DNA of 64,000 nt from a virus (taxonomy: Duplodnaviria > Caudoviricetes), in IMG/VR virus record IMGVR_UViG_3300028887_000090, positions 1 to 64,000 of that record, one strand, 5' to 3'. Made by a program: the position numbers and the translations under genes. Shown here in pieces: positions 54,226-64,000 of this stretch; positions within the stretch are counted from its first letter, which is position 1; every line of letters starts with the position of its first letter. The notes below the pieces were generated by a model. That model searched no databases. It was given only the letters and a program-made list of their open reading frames with translations, and was not told the origin of the DNA.

Positions 54226-54957
54226 ATGGATAAGCTCATTGATGCCACAATCATATACGGTTACTTGGTGCCGGTAGTCATCTTGTTTATTGACTTCCTG
54301 GTGGTGACATGCCGTAATGCCTGGACTGGTAAACGCTATTGCAGTAGTGCTTTGAAGAAGCAGCTGATGATGTTTGTTCCAGCCTACAACTATTTCTGGG
54401 CGTTATTTGTGGTATTAGATTGGACTGACTGGTTAGGAAAACAGTTATCGAAATATTTATTTAAACACGGTATTATTATGACGAATTTAGACGAAATGGC
54501 CGAGAAATATCTTGGCGCAGTAGAGACTCAGAAAAAGACTGAAAACAAAGATTTTGATGGTAAGTTTACTCGTGGCGACATGGAAACATGTTATGTGACG
54601 GGTGCCTCGGAATCGCAGGTGTTACAGGTTGGTCAGAGTGGTAGCTTTGGCCAGGCTATCGGTTCGCTGAAGCATGGTTTTCTGGTGGCCCGTGAAGGTT
54701 GGAATGGTAAGGGCATGTTCCTTTTCATGCGTCCGTTTGACATGTTGAAGGATGACTTTATCATCGATACTGTGAAGTCGTTGCCCTACAACTTCAAGCA
54801 GTGGGTTAAGAACCATCCTAATGAGCGTAAGGAGCGTTTCTTCACTCAGTATATCTGTATGAAGGCTGCTGATGGTTCTATCGTGAATGGTTGGCTGGCA
54901 TCGCAGACCGATATGTTGGCCGACGATTGGGTTTTGGTTGATCCTGAGAAGGTATAA
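54226..54957 (+). CDS. DUF2829 (Tad2-like) domain protein with N-terminal extension; alternative start at 54478
   Basis: SFGQAI..LK.G..VAREGWNGKGMFLF...GWLASQTDMLADDW. Confidence 0.8.
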   Translation: MDKLIDATIIYGYLVPVVILFIDFLVVTCRNAWTGKRYCSSALKKQLMMFVPAYNYFWALFVVLDWTDWLGKQLSKYLFKHGIIMTNLDEMAEKYLGAVETQKKTENKDFDGKFTRGDMETCYVTGASESQVLQVGQSGSFGQAIGSLKHGFLVAREGWNGKGMFLFMRPFDMLKDDFIIDTVKSLPYNFKQWVKNHPNERKERFFTQYICMKAADGSIVNGWLASQTDMLADDWVLVDPEKV

Positions 54958-54959
54958 TC

Positions 54960-55451
54960 ATGGCAAATAGAATACAGCAGAATCCAGTAGTCAGTTCCGA
55001 TGAGTGGTACACCCCTCGTTGGGTGATTGATGAACTCGGCCCGTTTGACCTCGATCCGTGTGCGCCTATGCAACCTCCATACGAGATTGCGCCGTTGTCG
55101 TTCAATCAGGAGCAGGATGGATTGAGTCAGACGTGGCCCGATACTGCTGTTGTGTTTATGAATCCACCTTATAGCCGTCCTTTGCTTCGTCCGTTTGTGG
55201 AGAAACTGGCCAAGCATGGCAATGGTATTGCGCTGCTGAAGAATCAGGTGGATAATTTGCTGTTCCAGGAGGTCATCTTTACTAAGGCTGCCTCGATGCT
55301 CTTTATGCGTCATCGCATCAAATTCATTACGCCAGAAGGCTCTACTGGTTCGCCGTTCTTTGGCTCTGTACTCGTTGCCTTTGGCCATGAGTGTGACCGT
55401 CGCTTGCGCCAGTGTAAGATTGAAGGTAAATATGTGGTGTTGAATGTGTAA
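54960..55451 (+). CDS. phage Dam-like N6-adenine DNA methyltransferase
   Basis: DEWYTP, FDLDPCA, DGL, FMNPPYS. Confidence 0.88.
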   Translation: MANRIQQNPVVSSDEWYTPRWVIDELGPFDLDPCAPMQPPYEIAPLSFNQEQDGLSQTWPDTAVVFMNPPYSRPLLRPFVEKLAKHGNGIALLKNQVDNLLFQEVIFTKAASMLFMRHRIKFITPEGSTGSPFFGSVLVAFGHECDRRLRQCKIEGKYVVLNV

Positions 55452-55482
55452 TATATGAATATATTTTTAGAGAATTGAACGT

Positions 55483-55848
55483 ATGACAAAGAATGAAGTA
55501 AAAAAGCATGTTCCTGATGTGTGCGTACAGAAAATTACGCTCAGGAATTGTTCGGCTATAGCTACTAAAGCGAAGGTCGTAGCAGAAAGTATGGGCACCG
55601 GTTTGATTTGTTATGATTGGAATGGTGAGCGTGACCTACTCAGTATCTTTACCTCTTATGATTTTAAGGATTTCTTGGATTTCCTGAAGCCTGGCGTGAA
55701 AGTCACTAATAAGTATGGTGGTGAGTTTACTATTGAGAGTGAGCCGTATTTGGAAAACTGTAGAATGTGCGTTCGTGCCAATGGCGATGTCTGGTTTTGT
55801 GATGTGTTGTATAATCCGACGTTGAACTATAAAGGAATGTTACAATGA
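55483..55848 (+). CDS. hypothetical protein
   Basis: 121-aa ORF. Confidence 0.65.
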   Translation: MTKNEVKKHVPDVCVQKITLRNCSAIATKAKVVAESMGTGLICYDWNGERDLLSIFTSYDFKDFLDFLKPGVKVTNKYGGEFTIESEPYLENCRMCVRANGDVWFCDVLYNPTLNYKGMLQ

Positions 55849-56088
55849 ATAGGTCTAATGTTGGAGTGAAACAGGGGGGGGGTAAAATCGCCCTTCAGAG
55901 GAAACGGTCTGAGTCGTACCGCCATGTTGTTTAAGATAGCGACGCTGGCAGGTCATAAACTGACTATTCCAGAAATGAATAAGTTTAAAGAGGTGAATCC
56001 TCGTAGTCTTGAACAAGTATATAATGAAGTGGTTCGCGTAGGCGATGCCGGTAATGCCCGATTCGCTTTGCAACTGATATTAAAATAA
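55845..56088 (+). pseudogene. hypothetical gene of about 80 aa, frameshifted at G9 (intact with G8)
   Basis: ATG overlaps upstream stop; removing one G at 55874-55882 opens the frame to TAA at 56088, 4 nt before the next ATG. Confidence 0.7.
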
Positions 56089-56092
56089 GATT

Positions 56093-56422
56093 ATGGCTGA
56101 AGAAAAGAAAGAACAGTTGACTCCTGAACAGGAGTACATGAAAGAGAAATCGGCAATCCTGGCTGAAATGTCTGAGGTGTTTAAGAAGCATAATTGCGAT
56201 CCAAACCTCTCGATAGAAATTCTGGCAGAAATGCTGATGCAGATCTTTGTCGGTATGCAGTGGATGACTGATGAGAAGATGGAGCATTATGTATTCCCCT
56301 TCTTTAAGAAATTGAAAGAGCGTGCAAAGGAAGTGTTGTTTAAGACCCGTAATAGTCGTGCAGCACAACTTCGCAGACAGGAAAAGCTGGCGCAGAACGA
56401 AAACCCTCAGAATACAAATTAG
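56093..56422 (+). CDS. hypothetical protein
   Basis: 109-aa ORF. Confidence 0.7.
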   Translation: MAEEKKEQLTPEQEYMKEKSAILAEMSEVFKKHNCDPNLSIEILAEMLMQIFVGMQWMTDEKMEHYVFPFFKKLKERAKEVLFKTRNSRAAQLRRQEKLAQNENPQNTN

Positions 56423-56429
56423 TAGAGTT

Positions 56430-57245
56430 ATGAATAGTAATATATTTCGTGCAAAGGCCGTAGATGATGGCCGTTGGGTGGTAGGTGAGCCACATACTAT
56501 GTGCTCAACTCCGCATATTCATATTTCTCCGTTGGAATCTGTTAGAGTTAATCCTAACACCATTGGAAGGTTTACGGGTTGGTTTGATAAGAAGGGTAAG
56601 CCAATCTTTGAGGATGATATTCTTGCATTGACTATTCCTGATGGCACTACTCGACTTTTTATCGTAGAGTGGCAACGCCAGGTAAGGCATCTGGCAGCAT
56701 TGAAGGATTTTGTTCCTGATGGCAATCCGGTGGAGATTAGCGGATGGTGTTTTACTTGGGGAAAGAATTGTCTGTTACCATCGGTTATAGGTGAGGTGCC
56801 AGACTATAATCGTATGGAGATTGTCGGAAATGTTTATGACAATAGAGATTTACTTGAACCTGGTGCTGAAGAAAATTTCCATGGTCAGCGTGAACTTATT
56901 GGTAATACATGCTGTCTGTCAAATAAACCTGGTGTGCAGGTGTTCATGTATGACCTGAAAGATGAACGTGGTGAATGGTTGGCTCGTGTCATCCTGACTT
57001 CTGATGGGCTTTATATGGCCTATTCTGAATATGGCAATTTCTATCATGTTTTTAACGCTCCTGGTAAGGATGGCATTCGTAAGTTTATGGTAGGTATCTC
57101 GCCAGATTATTTTGGTGGTAAGCTCTGCGAAGTGGAGTGGTTTACGTCGGCCAAAAAGGTTGAAATGGCCGCACGTCGCCATGCTAAGTTCATCCTGCCG
57201 GTACTCCAGCAAGCTATTCGTGAACAGTTAGAGAAAGAAGATTAG
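56430..57245 (+). CDS. YopX family protein with C-terminal extension
   Basis: FRAK..W..G, TIGRFTG..DKKGKPIFEDDIL, EIVGNVYDN. Confidence 0.8.
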   Translation: MNSNIFRAKAVDDGRWVVGEPHTMCSTPHIHISPLESVRVNPNTIGRFTGWFDKKGKPIFEDDILALTIPDGTTRLFIVEWQRQVRHLAALKDFVPDGNPVEISGWCFTWGKNCLLPSVIGEVPDYNRMEIVGNVYDNRDLLEPGAEENFHGQRELIGNTCCLSNKPGVQVFMYDLKDERGEWLARVILTSDGLYMAYSEYGNFYHVFNAPGKDGIRKFMVGISPDYFGGKLCEVEWFTSAKKVEMAARRHAKFILPVLQQAIREQLEKED

Positions 57246-57246
57246 G

Positions 57247-57477
57247 ATGGAAGTGCATGTAAATCATCCAAAGCACTATAAGTGGAAACGGTTTCTGTGT
57301 AGCATCCTGGGACACCAACTGCATCTGGTAGTAATACATCAGGAGGGACGTAAGATGAAGGCTTGCTATGAATGCTTTCGATGCCGTCAACGCTTCAAAT
57401 ATGCTACAGTGGAAGATATTATGGTTGATCACATGATTAATAAGAATATTGAAAAGATATTGAAACATAAAAAATAA
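57247..57477 (+). CDS. small Cys/His protein
   Basis: LCSILGH...CFRC. Confidence 0.6.
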   Translation: MEVHVNHPKHYKWKRFLCSILGHQLHLVVIHQEGRKMKACYECFRCRQRFKYATVEDIMVDHMINKNIEKILKHKK

Positions 57478-57987
57478 ATGGCTGAAATAAAGAAATATCC
57501 AATATCATTGACTGTCGTGCTGGAGTGTTCGGACAGTGAGACAATCGACCGCGTGATGGTTGAGAAATTTCAAGCTGAGAATGTGCCTCTGCCAATCTTT
57601 ACGCGCTTTATGGGTGCCGTAAGTAGTGCTCAAAACAAACAGAAGCCGGATTCTGATCTCGATTGTGATGATTTCGAGAAAGGAACGCCAGAAGGTCGTT
57701 GTGACGGCATGGGACATTATCTGTGTGATGAATGCAAGTATCGTAGTCAGGAGTCTATTCGCCAGAAACATGAAGAGTTTCTGCATCGTAAGAACTACTA
57801 TAAAAAGGATAGGCCGATGATTCGTGCAAGGGTGATAGATTCTGGCGAAGAGGTGATGGTGGATGATTTTCCCATAGAGGATTTTGGTACATCGTATTAT
57901 AATATGTGGCATAACACGGAGAGTGGAATCACCTACCATGACGATGACTTGGAATTTATAGATGAACGTTTACAGAAGATAGACTGA
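57478..57987 (+). CDS. hypothetical protein
   Basis: 169-aa ORF. Confidence 0.7.
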   Translation: MAEIKKYPISLTVVLECSDSETIDRVMVEKFQAENVPLPIFTRFMGAVSSAQNKQKPDSDLDCDDFEKGTPEGRCDGMGHYLCDECKYRSQESIRQKHEEFLHRKNYYKKDRPMIRARVIDSGEEVMVDDFPIEDFGTSYYNMWHNTESGITYHDDDLEFIDERLQKID

Positions 57988-58220
57988 TGAAGGTAGAGAA
58001 TTTAGACACAGCAGCGCTATTTGCTGAGAAGCGTAAGAAGTTGGTAGCAATACAGGAACTGCTTTCTTCGTATGTGACGCAGGCAGAGGTGCATGTGGTT
58101 GTGAATATGGGTACCACTAAAAAGACCGCAAGCATCCATGAGGCAACTTTCAATGCCCTTATGTATAAGTTGGTGGAGTCTGAAATCGCAAATATTGATC
58201 ATTTTGTAGAGCAGTTGTAG
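57987..58220 (+). CDS. hypothetical protein
   Basis: 77-aa coupled ORF. Confidence 0.65.
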   Translation: MKVENLDTAALFAEKRKKLVAIQELLSSYVTQAEVHVVVNMGTTKKTASIHEATFNALMYKLVESEIANIDHFVEQL

Positions 58221-58221
58221 T

Positions 58222-58554
58222 ATGGCAAATATGAATGTTGACATAGCGAATTTGTTGAAGGATAAGCGTGGACTCCTGGAGTATCTGGTGAATATGATTA
58301 TGGCATCGGATAAGTTCATGCAGAACCTTCCACAGCTTCGCGAACGTGGTTGGACTGAGAAGGGTATGTTGGATAAGGTGATCGAGATTACGGCTATCCA
58401 GTCGAATCAGTTGAAGCACCTGGCATTGATTGCCCTCCTGATAGTGCAGAGTCGCGACTTCGATACGAACGTGGCACTGTTGATGAATAAGATGGGCCGA
58501 GGTGACGAAGCCCTTCAAATCCTGATGCGTAACAAAATGGAAGGAAAAGAATAG
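58222..58554 (+). CDS. hypothetical protein
   Basis: 110-aa ORF. Confidence 0.7.
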   Translation: MANMNVDIANLLKDKRGLLEYLVNMIMASDKFMQNLPQLRERGWTEKGMLDKVIEITAIQSNQLKHLALIALLIVQSRDFDTNVALLMNKMGRGDEALQILMRNKMEGKE

Positions 58555-58555
58555 T

Positions 58556-58843
58556 ATGGTAGAAGAATCGCTTTGGGGTGTGTCGCTCTCGATGGCAGCG
58601 AAAGAATTGCCGATGACGCAGAGCATTATCGCACAGACATTGAAGAATATGCAAGTGTGCCAGCAGAAGTATAAGGAAACTGAACCTGAGTACGAACGGC
58701 TGAATCACTTGATAACGATGGTTGGCTCTATCTCCTATCTGATGATGGGCGTAGAAGCCGCTCTGAATGCTATGGTGATTGATATGATGAAGGAATTTAA
58801 GAAGGCGAAAGAACAAATCGCCGAACAGGACTCAAACGGATAA
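58556..58843 (+). CDS. hypothetical protein
   Basis: 95-aa ORF. Confidence 0.65.
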   Translation: MVEESLWGVSLSMAAKELPMTQSIIAQTLKNMQVCQQKYKETEPEYERLNHLITMVGSISYLMMGVEAALNAMVIDMMKEFKKAKEQIAEQDSNG

Positions 58844-59235
58844 TGGTGTCGAAGGTGAATCTGTTAATGGACGGCTTCAAACGCTATGCTCAGGTAGCAG
58901 CCGAGCATGGGTTTACGAGGGAGCAAATCGTCTGGGTTTGTAATGAAGTCCGGAAAGATATACTGGAATATCAGAAACATTCGAGAAGATGGATATTATC
59001 AGATTTACTAAAGAGGAAATCGAAGGTGGTTATGGATATGAATAAGGCAGCCGAAATGGTTCGGCAGATGATGTCTGATGAGCCGTGTGTGTTGCAGATA
59101 GATTTGGAGCACAAAGTCTTGGTATGTAATGCCGGTGGTGGTCGTATTCGCCTGGTTGCCCTTTCTGACCTTATCGACCCATACGAAGTAGAACAAATGG
59201 AAGCAGAACAAAAATTAAAAGAATTGAATATATGA
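58843..59235 (+). CDS. hypothetical protein
   Basis: 130-aa ORF. Confidence 0.65.
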   Translation: MVSKVNLLMDGFKRYAQVAAEHGFTREQIVWVCNEVRKDILEYQKHSRRWILSDLLKRKSKVVMDMNKAAEMVRQMMSDEPCVLQIDLEHKVLVCNAGGGRIRLVALSDLIDPYEVEQMEAEQKLKELNI

Positions 59236-59666
59236 AGATTAAGATTGTAAACAAGTCGCACCATCCCCTACCCGCTTATGCCACTGAGCTGTCAGCCGGT
59301 ATGGATCTGCGTGCAAACATCGATGAGCCGATAGTGCTCAAACCTATGGAGCGTCGTTTGGTACCAACGGGATTGCATATCGCTTTGCCTGTCGGTTACG
59401 AGGCACAGGTACGTCCGCGTAGTGGCCTGGCCCTGAAGAAGGGTATAACAGTGCTGAATGCACCTGGCACTGTGGATGCCGATTATCGTGGTGACGTGGG
59501 CGTTATACTGATTAACCTCAGTGATGAGCCGTTTATCATTGAGGATGGTGAGCGTATTGCTCAGATGGTCATTGCCCGCCATGAGCATGCAGAGTTTATT
59601 CCCGTTGATGTCCTCGATGAGACAGAACGTGGTGAAGGTGGTTACGGACATACTGGTGTGAAGTAA
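59232..59666 (+). CDS. dut: trimeric dUTPase
   Basis: [35 protein letters not shown]. Confidence 0.97.
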   Translation: MKIKIVNKSHHPLPAYATELSAGMDLRANIDEPIVLKPMERRLVPTGLHIALPVGYEAQVRPRSGLALKKGITVLNAPGTVDADYRGDVGVILINLSDEPFIIEDGERIAQMVIARHEHAEFIPVDVLDETERGEGGYGHTGVK

Positions 59667-59989
59667 TGACATCGAAGAAAGTGTATATCTCTGGGCCGAT
59701 AACCGGCTGTGATCCTGAATGGGTAGAATCGCAGTTTGCGAGGGCTGAGAAGAATCTGATAGGCTTGGGCCACCGTCCCGTTAATCCGTTGAAGATGTGG
59801 GGATGGTGGAACTGGCTCTTTCGTCGCCTGCCCTACCAACTCCAGATGCTTATTGATATCTGTAAGCTGCATGGTTGTGATGCTATCCTGAAACTCCCCA
59901 TGTGGGACTACTCTCGTGGTGCAAAGCTCGAAAGTGCCTTTGCTGAATTTTGGAAAATTGAAAACCTGAATAAAGACTATAGTAAGTAA
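59666..59989 (+). CDS. DUF4406-like protein
   Basis: VYISGPITG, VNP, CDAI..L..W..SRGAKLE. Confidence 0.75.
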   Translation: MTSKKVYISGPITGCDPEWVESQFARAEKNLIGLGHRPVNPLKMWGWWNWLFRRLPYQLQMLIDICKLHGCDAILKLPMWDYSRGAKLESAFAEFWKIENLNKDYSK

Positions 59990-59999
59990 GGAAATCACT

Positions 60000-60731
60000 A
60001 TGCCTAAGATCTATCTGCGTGTATCTAAGTATGTCGGTAGCTTTATGCGTGCCGATGGTAATGGAAACTCAATTTCAAAACAGACACCTATCCAACTGTC
60101 GCAATGTTCTGATGAATATGCTGTGATGGTGCATAGCCTTCGCATCGTGCCTGAGACACAACAGCGTCGTGCCTGTTGCTATTCTCAGTCTGCCTGGAAT
60201 AACATGTTGCGTGGTCGTCTGCCTGAAGGTGGCAAACCGATTATCCAGCGCGACCCGAAGGATTACCTGACCTACGCTGAGGTGTGTACGTTGGAGCGTC
60301 TGCCTAACAAGACCCGTCGCGAGGCTTACGAGTTTCTGTGCATCGCCCTGCCCAGGGAGATATATGTGGATGGTCGTATAGAACTGGTCAGCAGCTCGCA
60401 TACCCTCGATACATCGGCTGCCAACCAGCTTCGTAGAATTTTTAGACAGAGGTTCATCCGAGAATACCTTTACTTTGAAGAGCGACAGCGTGACTGGTGT
60501 CGTGAGCAGCGCATCGATCGCACGGATGTAGAGATCCTGGAGCGTTTCTTTATGAAGTGGGATATTCCAGTGTCGCATGATAACAAAGAGCGTGAACACC
60601 TGCGTCGTCAGATATTCCGCTGGCGCGAGGGAGGTAAGCGTATGGCGAATGAAGCCGACGTGATAGGTGACGCTGAGATTACGCGAGTTGACGAGTACGA
60701 ATTAAGGGGTGGATTACCGAAATACGATTAA
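60000..60731 (+). CDS. hypothetical protein
   Basis: 243-aa ORF. Confidence 0.7.
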   Translation: MPKIYLRVSKYVGSFMRADGNGNSISKQTPIQLSQCSDEYAVMVHSLRIVPETQQRRACCYSQSAWNNMLRGRLPEGGKPIIQRDPKDYLTYAEVCTLERLPNKTRREAYEFLCIALPREIYVDGRIELVSSSHTLDTSAANQLRRIFRQRFIREYLYFEERQRDWCREQRIDRTDVEILERFFMKWDIPVSHDNKEREHLRRQIFRWREGGKRMANEADVIGDAEITRVDEYELRGGLPKYD

Positions 60732-60856
60732 ATTGTAAAAAAGGTCAAAATCGACTACGAAAAGATGTTAAATAATGAGGTATTTTCTATGTTTTTTTGT
60801 CACACCCCTGTCACACCTCTAACGTTAGAGTAATAACCATCAAAAAAGATAAGATT

Positions 60857-61348
60857 ATGAACGAGAATTTATGTTTGGAACTTCGCCAGGATGACATCGT
60901 GCGCGTGGATGTCTATCTGGCCTCGCAGTGCAGCATGCCTGTTCCTGCCCAAGTGAACAGCGTGCAGTTTGTGAATAGCAATCTCTTTACGGGCGATCCG
61001 GTGCTGACGCTGACTTTGCCGCTGAGTGATGACACCCCGATGCAGGATGTGCCGACGCTGAAGGTACAGAATGCCCGCCAAGCCTCTGGAAACGTCTATA
61101 CACATGACTTGCAGGCCGCTGTGCAACTGGCTCGACAGCAGGTAGAATCGGCTATTGAAGCATTGAACGGAAAGGATTTTAATGTGGTCTATACCCGCAA
61201 TAATGGCGCTAAGGATTTGTCCTACGCCCTGCCTAATGCGTCGATGGCCACCATCGATGAGACGCAGAGTAATAACAGTGTGACCACTCTGAAAATCAAG
61301 TTGCAGTCCATGTCGGCCCTCATCCGTCTGGCATCACCAACCAATTAA
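60857..61348 (+). CDS. hypothetical protein, possibly virion-associated
   Basis: ORF 60797..61348; ATG at 60857. Confidence 0.65.
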   Translation: MNENLCLELRQDDIVRVDVYLASQCSMPVPAQVNSVQFVNSNLFTGDPVLTLTLPLSDDTPMQDVPTLKVQNARQASGNVYTHDLQAAVQLARQQVESAIEALNGKDFNVVYTRNNGAKDLSYALPNASMATIDETQSNNSVTTLKIKLQSMSALIRLASPTN

Positions 61349-61414
61349 ACCGGCCTCTATATATATAATAAGGTATATTGAATCTAACCACGTAAATAAC
61401 AGTAATTGTTCCAT

Positions 61415-61451
61415 CCCCGATGTCGTTGCGAAACGCTGTCGGGGCTTTTTT
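61415..61451 (+). terminator. intrinsic terminator
   Basis: CCCCGA...TCGGGG followed by C and T6. Confidence 0.7.
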
Positions 61452-61496
61452 ATGCCTTAAAACGTCCTAAAACCCTAATATATTAAGGAAAACCAC

Positions 61497-61530
61497 ATCA
61501 CGACCTCGCCCGCACGTTTCATTACTTTTG
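61497..61530 (+). promoter_or_regulatory. putative late promoter
   Basis: ATCAC-N21-TACTTTTG. Confidence 0.55.
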
Positions 61531-61562
61531 CGATAGAATTTTTAAACTAAAAGCGAAAAAGT

Positions 61563-63176
61563 ATGAACGGATTACTGGAAATATTGTCAACGAAGAAGTG
61601 GATGATCATGCCTGAGTATGTTCATGGTTCTCGCACGATGTGGGAACAAAATTTGAATGGTCATATCGGTTTGGAGTTTGACAAAAAGAAAAAGCCATAC
61701 GCCATGCAACTCATCAAGTCTGCCGAGGATGCCGCTCCTGAAATAAAGGAGTATCAGGTTACGGAGCAAGGCAAGGTAGAGTCGCGCTGGTGGATGGATG
61801 ATATGGATGCGCCTTTTGTCAATGTTATGCCGGTGGCTGGCCCTATCACTCGCGAAGGTGGTGCCTGTTCTTATGGCTCTATGGATCTGCGCGACTGGCT
61901 CATGGAGGCTGCTAATAACGAGTTCTGCAAGGCACATGTCTTTGTCATCAACTCCCCTGGTGGTTCCGCTTGGGCTATCAATGACTTTAAACAGGCTATC
62001 GAGTATGCGCATGAGCGTGGTCAGAAGGTGTATGCCTTCGTTGACGGCCTTTGTGCATCAGCAGCTATGTATCTCGCTTCTGTCTGTGATGAAGTGTACT
62101 ACATGCACCCCAAAGATTTGTTTGGCTCTATCGGTGTGATGGCTGTGTTCTACACCGAGAAGAATGGTACTACAAACAAGTACACCAATGAGACCTTCCA
62201 TGAGCTCTACGATCCTGAGTCCTATGACAAAAACAAATGGTATCGTGACCTCGCCGATGACCCGAAGAATGATAAGGTGCTCATCGAAGAGTTGAAGGAG
62301 GATGGCGTACAGTTCCGTAAGGATATTCAGGCTGCCTTTCCTGCTGCTAAGGAAGAGCACATCCATGGTAAGCTGTTCGAGGCTGATAAGGTGACTGGCA
62401 TCCTGTGTGACGGACAAATGACGCTGGGTGAGGTGATTACCCGTGCCTTTGAGGTGGCTAACGGTTCTGCCGAGCCTATCACTCGTGTAAAGCCGGTGGC
62501 TCCGGAGGATGACGTGCCAGAGGATGACCCCGCACCAGCCGCTAATGCTAATTCTTTAACCCCAAATAATAACAACAGTATGAAAGAGTACAAGAACATT
62601 GCCACCGCTTGCGGTGTAGAGGAACTGGTACAGACCGAGGAAGGCGCACATTTCGTACCCGAAATGCTCGACGCACTCGACCAGACTCTTGAACAGCATG
62701 CCACTGAAAAGGCTGCTGCTGAGGAAAAGATTCAGACCCTTCAGGGACAGGTTGACAACGCCCAGACTGAGCGTGAGGAAGCTGTCGCTAACCGTGAGAA
62801 GGAACTGAACGAAGCTCACGAGCAGGCCATTGCTAACCTCAATGAGGAGCACAACCAGGCCATCGAAAAGCTCAACACTGAGCACACTGAAGCTCTCCAG
62901 ACGGAGAAGGATGCACGCGAGAAAGCCGAGGGTGAAGCAAAAGACCTCCAGGCAAAGCTCGACGAAGCCAATCAGATTATCGCCGACCAGAAGGGTCAGA
63001 TCGAGGCTATGACTGCCGCTCCCGCTGCTGAGAAGGGTGGCTCTCCCGCCAACAATGGCCAGGGTGCAGAAGCTCCCGCTGCTGAGGAAGGTGGTATGCC
63101 TGCCTACGACCACTCTAAGTCTCCAAAGGAGAATAAGGAGATTCGTGAGGCATGGAAGAAGGCTCACCAAGTTTAA
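61563..63176 (+). CDS. S49 family prohead protease with scaffold-like coiled-coil C-terminus
   Basis: INSPGGS, CASAAMYLAS, GSIGV; acidic coiled-coil tail. Confidence 0.85.
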   Translation: MNGLLEILSTKKWMIMPEYVHGSRTMWEQNLNGHIGLEFDKKKKPYAMQLIKSAEDAAPEIKEYQVTEQGKVESRWWMDDMDAPFVNVMPVAGPITREGGACSYGSMDLRDWLMEAANNEFCKAHVFVINSPGGSAWAINDFKQAIEYAHERGQKVYAFVDGLCASAAMYLASVCDEVYYMHPKDLFGSIGVMAVFYTEKNGTTNKYTNETFHELYDPESYDKNKWYRDLADDPKNDKVLIEELKEDGVQFRKDIQAAFPAAKEEHIHGKLFEADKVTGILCDGQMTLGEVITRAFEVANGSAEPITRVKPVAPEDDVPEDDPAPAANANSLTPNNNNSMKEYKNIATACGVEELVQTEEGAHFVPEMLDALDQTLEQHATEKAAAEEKIQTLQGQVDNAQTEREEAVANREKELNEAHEQAIANLNEEHNQAIEKLNTEHTEALQTEKDAREKAEGEAKDLQAKLDEANQIIADQKGQIEAMTAAPAAEKGGSPANNGQGAEAPAAEEGGMPAYDHSKSPKENKEIREAWKKAHQV

Positions 63177-63214
63177 GTATTTCCAATTATTAACCCTTTA
63201 AAAACATTAGAATT

Positions 63215-64000
63215 ATGGCTGACAACAAAGCTCCAGAGTTCATCGGTCGTGAGGCGCTGACCCACGTAGCCGAGCAAGTTGGTAAGCAGATCATTATGGG
63301 CCCCGCTTACGAGGATCCTGAACTGCTCGACCGTCTTGGTATTAGTGTGATTTCAGGCGTACAGTTCAAAAAGACTGATCACCTGTTGGTTCGTAAGGGT
63401 GGTACCACTCGCCGTAAGAAGGTTGGTACACCCGTTGAAAACAAGATTGGCTTCCTGAAGGAGCGCACCCTGATTGCGAAGCTGACATGGAACCGTTACA
63501 AAGACAACATCGACAACTACGTTGAGACTGTCTTTGGTACAGACGGCAAGCCTGGTGGCGAATACCCCATGTCAACCGTAGCAGTAGAGGCAATCCTGAA
63601 GAGCTACGCAGAGGATTTGAAGAGCAACCTCTTCTTCGGTGACATGGAGAATGAGGACAGCCTCGATGAGGACAAGCAGAAGCTCTCTCTGTACGATGGT
63701 TTCCATACTGACATGGCCCATGATATTGCCGACGGCATTATCAGCGTACAGAATAAGAACCTGATTCCTTGCGACGCTATCTCTGCTCCTACCGATGCCC
63801 ACGACTCTACTCCGTTCGACACCGCTCTGGAGTGGTACACCAAGTGGGATGGTCGCCTCCGTCAGCAGAAGCTCGTGAAGTTGCATGTTGACATCCTGCG
63901 TGGTCTCTACATCGCTCAGGGTTATGCCAACAAGTATCACGGCAATGCTAAGGTGAACTACCTGCCTAATGGCAACTTCACTGTGCCTGAAATGCCTCGT
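63215..64000 (+). CDS. probable major capsid protein (runs off the window)
   Basis: open frame MADNKAPEFIG... directly after protease/scaffold; call is positional. Confidence 0.65.
   Translation, partial: MADNKAPEFIGREALTHVAEQVGKQIIMGPAYEDPELLDRLGISVISGVQFKKTDHLLVRKGGTTRRKKVGTPVENKIGFLKERTLIAKLTWNRYKDNIDNYVETVFGTDGKPGGEYPMSTVAVEAILKSYAEDLKSNLFFGDMENEDSLDEDKQKLSLYDGFHTDMAHDIADGIISVQNKNLIPCDAISAPTDAHDSTPFDTALEWYTKWDGRLRQQKLVKLHVDILRGLYIAQGYANKYHGNAKVNYLPNGNFTVPEMPR

Noticed and set aside
60798-60817. Tandem TGTCACACC as another late promoter
   Set aside because: There is no TAnnTTTG at the spacing seen in the other four.
1-64000. tRNA, rRNA, integrase or transposase genes
   Set aside because: None recognised by eye; a tRNA and covariance-model scan would be needed to exclude small RNAs.

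Overview
This window is part of a temperate Bacteroidales (Prevotella-like) phage that appears to replicate as a plasmid. Host assignment rests on repeated Bacteroidetes-type TTTG-N19/20-TAnnTTTG promoters. From left to right: a 99-bp tandem repeat; an early region of small, often acidic genes separated by a conserved TTATAG-N13-TCAC motif; a truncated, membrane-tailed NAD-dependent ligase; a ParA/partner/iteron/Rep replicon; a long leftward accessory operon (radical SAM, GNAT, two frameshifted amino-methyltransferases); an HTH repressor switch; replication genes (3'-5' exonuclease, primase-helicase, SSB-like protein, beta clamp); tape measure; ACP plus ketoacyl synthase; nucleotide and anti-defence genes (ThyX, dUTPase, Dam-like, DUF2829/Tad2-like); and the S49 protease with the start of the probable capsid gene. 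The standout is 36873-40761. A circularly permuted C5-cytosine methyltransferase (motif order IX-X-I..VIII) is flanked by 12 tiny, overlapping ORFs that resemble C5-MTase target-recognition domains (TRDs). Each carries one G7-G9 tract, and 11 end in an IEY(E/D)-like tail. Six are in frame and six are out by exactly one base. This suggests a combinatorial, phase-variable methylation-specificity system. Similar tracts occur in the MTase core and in five other genes. All function calls are from motif recognition by eye, and homopolymer lengths could partly be sequencing error.
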